Shown here: positions 63,701 to 64,000 of the stretch, piece by piece
Layout: every line of letters begins with the position of its first letter
Position numbering within the stretch: the first letter of the stretch is position 1
Assembly: GCA_964645795.1 (NCBI GenBank)
Contig: CAZYCL010000002.1
Coordinates: 272,352-336,351, forward strand
DNA: 64,000 nt
Source of the DNA: an uncultured Planctomycetales bacterium
GTDB taxonomy: Bacteria; Omnitrophota; Gorgyraeia; Gygaellales; Profunditerraquicolaceae
Reading direction: 5' to 3'
Notes under the pieces: generated by a model
Databases searched by the model: none
Told to the model about the DNA's origin: nothing
The model's input: only the letters and a program-made list of their open reading frames with translations
Translations under genes and position numbers: made by a program

Positions 63701-64000
63701 GGACCGCCGACAACCACCTGCATACCAAGCCCGTTGACCATATCCCTGCCGGCAAAAATGGCCTCCATCACCCCATCAGCAATATTTTTAAGATTCCAGA
63801 GGTTCAAATTATATTCATAATCAAAATTCTTGATATCCCGCAGCCATAATGCAAAAAGCTGCCCTCTGGTGAAGGTGGCATCCCTTTCGGCGCACATTAT
63901 ATGGACTAAAAATCTTAACATAGGATGCTGGCTCTTGTATTCGACTATTCTCCTAACCAGCCATACTGTAGGCTTATTAAAATCTAGCTTTATCCCCGTT
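1..64000 (-). CDS. single giant multi-module ORF, partial at both window edges (>21,300 codons); mosaic of unrelated enzyme, regulator and structural modules joined in frame by SSP[VLAI] junction motifs
   Basis: Minus-strand frame with codon first base at plus coordinate 3k+1. Hand translation of about 3 kb in scattered stretches (1-1700, 5880-6120, 6780-6900, 7440-7800, 8280-8340, 9180-9460, 14220-14700, 15620-15680, 29930-30000, 35700-36300, 39760-39840 and others) shows no stop. All 57 located motif copies fall in this same frame. The ORF track has no minus ORF in this frame, as expected if the ORF has no stop inside the window. Confidence 0.8.
721..732 (-). repeat. SSP junction motif (PASSSPAS)
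   Basis: Plus-strand tggcgagctgga; minus-strand tcc agc tcg cca; in frame. Confidence 0.7.
744..777. repeat. imperfect heptanucleotide tandem repeat (cgtaatc-like, about 5 units) inside coding sequence
   Basis: Plus-strand tcgtaatccgtaaatcgtaatccgtaatcggtaatcc; encodes GLPITDYDLRITNP on the minus strand. Confidence 0.5.
1672..1680 (-). repeat. SSP junction motif (LASSPADI)
   Basis: Plus-strand ccggcgagctgg; in frame. Confidence 0.7.
1900..2350 (-). other. M23 (LytM-type) peptidase domain, C-terminal part of a membrane-anchored module (1681-3669)
   Basis: Translation of 1998-2100: QNVRRGQIIATLYRDAENDAGRLVHLHFALSHG (the G..G....HLHF signature of M23). Hydrophobic transmembrane stretch upstream at 3400-3560 (AYPVLRYLAFAVPLMWFSSI). 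Confidence 0.65.
3400..3560 (-). other. transmembrane helices, N-terminal part of the M23 module
   Basis: Verified translation AYPVLRYLAFAVPLMWFSSI plus neighbouring hydrophobic residues. Confidence 0.45.
3670..3678 (-). repeat. SSP junction motif (NASSPAT)
   Basis: Plus-strand ccggagaactt; in frame. Confidence 0.65.
5803..5811 (-). repeat. SSP junction motif (IASSPVE)
   Basis: Plus-strand accggcgaactgg; in frame. Confidence 0.7.
5812..6210 (-). other. CHAP/NlpC-P60-like cysteine amidase module (about 133 aa)
   Basis: KEFFAGQCLSYARAFYYPE (Cys) ... KPGDLVVYYNDNGTLCHVGVLRTDGRIESKIGNNHI (His), arranged like CHAP. Confidence 0.5.
6211..6219 (-). repeat. SSP junction motif (LSSSPAD)
   Basis: Plus-strand gccggagaactgg; in frame. 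Confidence 0.7.
6220..7014 (-). other. aldo/keto reductase (AKR) module
   Basis: Junction SASSPAASLYRNFGKTGLEFFVLGAGTIWFG matches the AKR N-terminal signature. Verified DGVIMLDTAAAYGFSEKRIG (DTAxxYG) and PEPEEIEDYLNIVFGRMANK. Confidence 0.75.
7015..7023 (-). repeat. SSP junction motif (SASSPAA), 3 aa before the AKR N-terminal motif
   Basis: Plus-strand gccggagagctgg; in frame. Confidence 0.7.
7024..7665 (-). other. P-loop NTPase, uridine kinase/phosphoribulokinase-like module
   Basis: Verified Walker A: AVGICGYPAVGKTTFSKLLVRSDVLGLSEDKINSYLEEDP, followed by VIVVEGVH. Confidence 0.7.
7666..7674 (-). repeat. SSP junction motif (MSSSPVT)
   Basis: Plus-strand accggcgagctgg; junction read through without a stop. 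Confidence 0.75.
7675..8475 (-). other. class I SAM-dependent methyltransferase module
   Basis: Verified motif I: MEGKYKIRLVELGCGDSDYA (8281-8340). No stop between the end of this module and the next junction (...NPLWTVVADKIMSSSPV). Confidence 0.7.
8476..8493 (-). repeat. double junction motif (SPVSSPVD)
   Basis: Plus-strand accggcgagctgaccgg; in frame. Confidence 0.65.
8700..9660 (-). other. ECF-type sigma-70 factor module (regions 2 and 4)
   Basis: Region 2.2: PQAANFQTWLYKIAYYTGI (9401-9460). Region 4 helix-turn-helix: SVITLRYFEGLSYKELAARL (9181-9240). Confidence 0.7.
9673..9681 (-). repeat. SSP junction motif (NTSSPVS)
   Basis: Plus-strand accggagagctgg. Confidence 0.7.
10870..11450 (-). 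other. K/R/E-rich low-complexity coiled-coil-like segment with 21-nt tandem duplication
   Basis: KLRIRAEIKKNNKSGQKGNN verified. Plus-strand tandem units ctgatgcggagcttatcttcc / ctgacgcggagcttctcttc at 10958-11010. Confidence 0.4.
11860..11868 (-). repeat. SSP junction motif (FISSPVG)
   Basis: Plus-strand accggtgaactga. Confidence 0.65.
11869..12507 (-). other. class I SAM-dependent methyltransferase module
   Basis: Verified motif I: KTVFSLGSGQGLELAMVAAF (12241-12300). Confidence 0.65.
12508..12516 (-). repeat. SSP junction motif (LSSSPVG)
   Basis: Plus-strand accggcgagctgg. Confidence 0.7.
13216..13224 (-). repeat. SSP junction motif (GASSPVP)
   Basis: Plus-strand accggagaactgg. Confidence 0.7.
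14200..14520 (-). other. cytidine/deoxycytidylate-deaminase-fold (CDA) zinc-binding domain
   Basis: Verified VNTVGTHSHAEIRLVFDILNK (H-A-E) and PCANCLKVILPLE (PCxxC). Confidence 0.6.
14683..14691 (-). repeat. SSP junction motif (KFSSPVK)
   Basis: Plus-strand accggcgagctga; flanks translated with no stop. Confidence 0.75.
14692..16284 (-). other. subtilase (S8)-like module with Cys in the nucleophile position
   Basis: Verified KRYRQATCFAAPQVAGVLLE (15621-15680); canonical S8 motif is GTSxAAPxVAG, here T-C replaces T-S. Confidence 0.5.
16285..16293 (-). repeat. SSP junction motif (GISSPIV)
   Basis: Plus-strand atcggagagctt. Confidence 0.6.
16324..16332 (-). repeat. SSP junction motif, diverged codons (AGSSPVG)
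   Basis: Plus-strand accgggctgga (tcc agc ccg). Confidence 0.5.
16333..17583 (-). other. module with radical-SAM-like CxxxCxxC cysteine triad near its N-terminus
   Basis: Verified KVNDYTLVPVWGCSTQCDHC (about 17140-17200). Confidence 0.4.
17584..17592 (-). repeat. SSP junction motif (DASSPLI)
   Basis: Plus-strand acggcgaactgg. Confidence 0.65.
18082..18090 (-). repeat. SSP junction motif (DASSPVE)
   Basis: Plus-strand accggcgaactgg. Confidence 0.7.
18091..19074 (-). other. HExxH zinc-metallopeptidase-like module
   Basis: Verified SFESSYCAFFLAHEAVHALE (18721-18780). Confidence 0.45.
19075..19086 (-). repeat. SSP junction motif (QSSSPAS)
   Basis: Plus-strand gccggagagctcga. Confidence 0.65.
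19777..19785 (-). repeat. SSP junction motif (ESSSPAS)
   Basis: Plus-strand gccggcgagctgg. Confidence 0.7.
19786..20781 (-). other. TPR-repeat module
   Basis: Verified GFAREAKAVFERIIGIDKENPVAHLNL; further TPR-like units follow. Confidence 0.55.
20782..20790 (-). repeat. SSP junction motif (AISSPLN)
   Basis: Plus-strand agcggtgagctt. Confidence 0.65.
20791..21468 (-). other. class I SAM-dependent methyltransferase module (HemK/PrmA-like)
   Basis: Verified SWAGYFMDKTVLDVGSGSGVLT (21281-21345). Confidence 0.6.
21469..21477 (-). repeat. SSP junction motif (RSSSPLN)
   Basis: Plus-strand agcggcgagctt. Confidence 0.65.
22066..22074 (-). repeat. SSP junction motif (NVSSPLQ)
   Basis: Plus-strand atggcgagctga. 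Confidence 0.6.
22075..22815 (-). other. HAD-superfamily hydrolase module
   Basis: Junction ALSSPVDYSALGNCSVKGIIFDLDGTLYDP verified (DxDGT motif I about 15 aa after the junction). Confidence 0.7.
22816..22824 (-). repeat. SSP junction motif (ALSSPVD), about 15 aa before the HAD DxDGT
   Basis: Plus-strand accggcgagctc. Confidence 0.7.
23377..23385 (-). repeat. SSP junction motif (SASSPAQ)
   Basis: Plus-strand gccggagagctt. Confidence 0.65.
23386..24561 (-). other. second HExxH metallopeptidase-like module
   Basis: Verified MELKRVFETAAHEEGHSLSACVLKVNEKNGDFC (23821-23920). Confidence 0.45.
24562..24570 (-). repeat. SSP junction motif (QGSSPIW)
   Basis: Plus-strand tgggcgagctg. Confidence 0.6.
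24883..24891 (-). repeat. SSP junction motif (FSSSPLA)
   Basis: Plus-strand acggcgagctgg. Confidence 0.65.
24892..25641 (-). other. second M23 peptidase module
   Basis: Verified IVSKGQIIGLSGRTGTNARRKLAHLH(FE) (24961-25040). Confidence 0.65.
25642..25650 (-). repeat. SSP junction motif (RSSSPVS)
   Basis: Plus-strand accggcgagctgg. Confidence 0.7.
25651..27456 (-). other. module with two von Willebrand factor A (VWA) domains
   Basis: MIDAS-like DxSxS motifs verified: FFGIDNSSS (about 26362-26385) and VTPRIAIIADESGSTSACSMAEQ (about 27160-27230). Confidence 0.55.
27457..27465 (-). repeat. SSP junction motif (SISSPVN)
   Basis: Plus-strand accggcgaacta. Confidence 0.65.
28705..28713 (-). repeat. 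SSP junction motif (TASSPIE)
   Basis: Plus-strand atcggcgaactgg. Confidence 0.65.
28714..29553 (-). other. polytopic membrane-protein-like module
   Basis: Verified AGAFVLIFLAGFVRLGVLIY (29281-29340), flanked by further hydrophobic stretches. Confidence 0.4.
29554..29562 (-). repeat. SSP junction motif (RGSSPVI)
   Basis: Plus-strand acgggagaactg. Confidence 0.65.
29740..29748 (-). repeat. SSP junction motif (PGSSPVI)
   Basis: Plus-strand accggagagctg. Confidence 0.7.
30367..30375 (-). repeat. SSP junction motif (FGSSPVS)
   Basis: Plus-strand accggcgagctg. Confidence 0.7.
30376..31641 (-). other. glycoside hydrolase family 77 (4-alpha-glucanotransferase)-like N-terminal module
   Basis: Junction LCSSPA...SYYGIGDIGIARKFVDWLALCGQNLWYVGPTA; verified GIGDIGIARKFVDWLALCGQ (31501-31560), which resembles the amylomaltase N-terminus. 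Confidence 0.5.
31642..31650 (-). repeat. SSP junction motif, diverged first Ser codon (LCSSPAN), before the GH77-like N-terminus
   Basis: Plus-strand gccggcgagga. Confidence 0.55.
32250..32500 (-). other. HD-domain phosphohydrolase resembling the RelA/SpoT (p)ppGpp-hydrolase signature
   Basis: Verified ISESRKDRKNPYISHPMEVAFTCIRDFGDKDFDTVICSLGHDV (H...HD). Confidence 0.6.
33607..33615 (-). repeat. SSP junction motif (PMSSPVE)
   Basis: Plus-strand accggcgaactc. Confidence 0.65.
35347..35355 (-). repeat. SSP junction motif (NVSSPVK)
   Basis: Plus-strand accggcgaacta. Confidence 0.65.
35360..35790 (-). other. rpiB: ribose-5-phosphate isomerase B (RpiB/LacAB) domain (C-terminal half of the same module)
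   Basis: Verified ALTRKSVIIGSDHGGFELKEGLIRYLSGRGHSI (35701-35800). Confidence 0.7.
35990..36540 (-). other. rpe: ribulose-phosphate 3-epimerase domain (N-terminal half of a two-enzyme module)
   Basis: Verified EGSLIDVHKMVMEPSEAFIQ. Upstream YILAPSILN sits about 15 aa after the variant junction TSSAV (36565-36573). Confidence 0.7.
36565..36573 (-). repeat. variant junction motif S-S-A-V (RTSSAVA), about 15 aa before the Rpe N-terminus
   Basis: Plus-strand accgcagagctgg. Confidence 0.5.
36660..37010 (-). repeat. internal tandem duplication of an about 70-aa unit (FLVYFIIDGVSQYPSEINSILERM / LLVNFIIDGSSNFPAEVNDLLEHM), with an 11-mer tandem repeat at 36706-36727
   Basis: Parallel peptide units read from minus-strand translation; ccgatttttgc x2 on the plus strand. 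Confidence 0.4.
37882..37893 (-). repeat. variant junction motif S-A-S-P-V (QSASPVQ)
   Basis: Plus-strand caggtgaggctga. Confidence 0.45.
37894..38694 (-). other. class I SAM-dependent methyltransferase module
   Basis: Verified LIFKKAIPMGITRGAKILDLAIGNGMI (38441-38520), about 60 aa after junction AGSSPVK (38695-38703). Confidence 0.65.
38695..38703 (-). repeat. SSP junction motif, diverged codons (AGSSPVK)
   Basis: Plus-strand accgggcttga. Confidence 0.5.
39430..39822 (-). other. CheY-like response-regulator receiver (REC) domain at module N-terminus
   Basis: Verified GSSSSPLDAAFKPKLVIADDDFYSRLL (39761-39840). The receiver domain begins 7 residues after the junction. Confidence 0.7.
39823..39837 (-). 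repeat. SSP junction motif (GSSSSPLD), 7 aa before the receiver domain
   Basis: Plus-strand agcggcgaactggaact; verified in frame. Confidence 0.75.
40543..40551 (-). repeat. SSP junction motif (SLSSPVI)
   Basis: Plus-strand acgggcgagctc. Confidence 0.65.
41182..41190 (-). repeat. SSP junction motif (EASSPVN)
   Basis: Plus-strand acgggagaaga. Confidence 0.55.
43360..43368 (-). repeat. SSP junction motif (KSSSPVD)
   Basis: Plus-strand accggcgagctg. Confidence 0.7.
43930..43938 (-). repeat. SSP junction motif (ASSSPLA)
   Basis: Plus-strand agcggcgaactgg. Confidence 0.7.
44806..44814 (-). repeat. variant junction motif C-S-P-V (GVCSPVI)
   Basis: Plus-strand accggcgaacaa. Confidence 0.5.
47521..47529 (-). 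repeat. SSP junction motif (FVSSPLP)
   Basis: Plus-strand aaaggcgaacta. Confidence 0.6.
48289..48297 (-). repeat. SSP junction motif (VISSPVT)
   Basis: Plus-strand accggggaactga. Confidence 0.65.
49402..49410 (-). repeat. SSP junction motif, diverged codons (EQSSPVI), end of paralog module A
   Basis: Plus-strand acgggtgaagactg. Confidence 0.5.
49411..49780 (-). other. paralogous about 120-aa module A (ERCGGHGWDEK ... IAVFIWRNNTG ... KLHESNSHTGRG ... ISEQSSPV)
   Basis: Clear nucleotide and peptide similarity to 53743-54111 (ggattcatgcagcttgattgacgatccggatttcaagacaaggcggatattgac versus ggattcatgtagcttgacttcctggccggattccaggacaaggtggatgcccac). Confidence 0.5.
50137..50145 (-). repeat. SSP junction motif (FSSSPLE)
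   Basis: Plus-strand agcggtgagctgg. Confidence 0.7.
51163..51171 (-). repeat. SSP junction motif (DVSSPLD)
   Basis: Plus-strand agcggcgagctga. Confidence 0.7.
51172..53088 (-). other. class I SAM methyltransferase-containing module
   Basis: Verified NDYKQRVLLDVGTANGDLL (about 52003-52058). Confidence 0.5.
53089..53097 (-). repeat. SSP junction motif (KISSPLQ)
   Basis: Plus-strand agcggtgagctta. Confidence 0.65.
53098..53715 (-). other. coiled-coil module
   Basis: Verified VKIEAIKIAKRIEELEQSLK; E/K/L-rich heptad periodicity around it. Confidence 0.45.
53716..53742 (-). repeat. tandem junction motifs (SEQSSPRGISSPV), end of paralog module B
   Basis: Plus-strand tactggagaggagatacctctgggtgacga. 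Confidence 0.55.
53743..54111 (-). other. paralogous about 120-aa module B (copy of 49411-49780), followed by tandem SSP motifs
   Basis: See copy A. Ends in ISEQSSPRGISSPV. Confidence 0.5.
54112..54120 (-). repeat. SSP junction motif (ALSSPVI)
   Basis: Plus-strand accggagaacta. Confidence 0.65.
55132..55140 (-). repeat. SSP junction motif (VISSPVE)
   Basis: Plus-strand acaggcgaactga. Confidence 0.6.
55850..56300 (-). other. LOG-family (lysine-decarboxylase-like/TIGR00730) Rossmann domain
   Basis: Verified [23 protein letters not shown] (PGGxGTxxE) at 55921-55990. Confidence 0.55.
56503..56511 (-). repeat. variant junction motif C-S-P-V (SSCSPVK)
   Basis: Plus-strand accggcgaacagg. Confidence 0.5.
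56560..57310 (-). other. TPR-repeat array with near-identical nucleotide repeat units
   Basis: Verified YKIAIGLNPDYLLLWSIGHC. Units repeated at 56821-56870 and 57131-57180 (tagccaaggcaagtccgagattattgtgtgc). Confidence 0.65.
57958..57966 (-). repeat. SSP junction motif (EGSSPID)
   Basis: Plus-strand atcggagagctc. Confidence 0.65.
58450..58458 (-). repeat. SSP junction motif, diverged codons (SISSPIG)
   Basis: Plus-strand atagggctgctga. Confidence 0.5.
58950..59200 (-). other. P-loop kinase (thymidylate/deoxynucleoside-kinase-like Walker A) in the long motif-free C-terminal region
   Basis: Verified GQYWVTIEGIQGAGKTYLVN (59101-59160). Confidence 0.5.
62880..62975 (-). other. NAD(P)-binding Rossmann GxGxxG motif
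   Basis: Verified IVIGAGRVGRGLIGSIL (62921-62970). Confidence 0.5.
63085..63096 (-). repeat. variant junction motif S-A-S-P-I (ESASPIS)
   Basis: Plus-strand ttggagaggcgga. Confidence 0.45.

Noticed and set aside
1-64000. Alternative genetic code or stop-codon reassignment to explain the absence of long ORFs in the track
   Set aside because: The minus-strand frame is open under the standard code in every stretch translated, so no reassignment is needed. The track lacks the ORF because it has no stop inside the window.
1-64000. Conventional operon of many separate minus-strand genes, each with its own start and stop
   Set aside because: All 57 motif positions and all verified domains are in one frame. 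Junctions such as 7660-7800 and 14640-14710 read through without a stop or an obvious RBS and start. Independent genes would be spread over three frames.
1-64000. rRNA, tRNA or mobile-element content
   Set aside because: No structured-RNA-like segments, inverted terminal repeats or transposase or integrase motifs were noticed. The continuous coding frame leaves no intergenic space.

Overview
The whole 64-kb window appears to lie inside one uninterrupted reading frame on the minus strand, more than 21,300 codons long, with neither start nor stop inside the window. I translated about 3 kb by hand in scattered stretches and found no stops. The frame is the same at all 57 copies of a recurrent motif I located (first base of each minus-strand codon at a plus coordinate of 3k+1). 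An ORF finder that needs a stop inside the window cannot report such an ORF. The listed plus-strand ORFs look like antisense shadows, and their repeated 'TGEL' is the antisense reading of that motif.

The giant ORF is a mosaic of modules that each look like a complete, unrelated protein. I identified each by hand translation from signature motifs only, without a database search:
- aldo/keto reductase
- uridine-kinase/PRK-like P-loop kinase
- five class-I SAM methyltransferases
- ECF sigma-70 factor
- CheY-like receiver domain
- ribulose-phosphate 3-epimerase fused to ribose-5-phosphate isomerase B
- HAD hydrolase
- two M23 peptidases
- CHAP-like amidase
- subtilase-like domain with Cys in the nucleophile position
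- two HExxH metallopeptidase-like segments
- cytidine-deaminase-like motif
- radical-SAM-like Cys triad
- HD domain resembling the RelA/SpoT hydrolase motif
- GH77-like N-terminus
- two VWA domains
- LOG-like domain
- thymidylate/deoxynucleoside-kinase-like Walker A
- Rossmann NAD(P)-binding motif
- two TPR arrays
- coiled coils
- membrane segments

The modules are joined in frame by at least 57 copies of a short conserved motif: plus-strand consensus ACCGGCGAGCTGG, encoding x-S-S-P-[V/L/A/I] on the minus strand. The codon signature is nearly invariant (first Ser AGY, second Ser TCN, Pro CCG, with variation mainly at third positions). Where I checked, the motif sits 3 to 50 residues upstream of the module's own N-terminal signature: 3 residues before the aldo/keto reductase N-terminal motif, 7 before the receiver 'LVIADDD', about 15 before the HAD DxDGT and Rpe N-termini, and about 35-50 before the kinase Walker A and methyltransferase motif I.

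This architecture — a stop-free chain of whole proteins, each tagged by a conserved SSP junction — is the main finding. It suggests either a polyprotein or processed giant-protein system, with peptidase modules encoded inside the ORF, or an unprecedented giant gene. I saw no rRNA, tRNA, CRISPR array or recognisable transposase.
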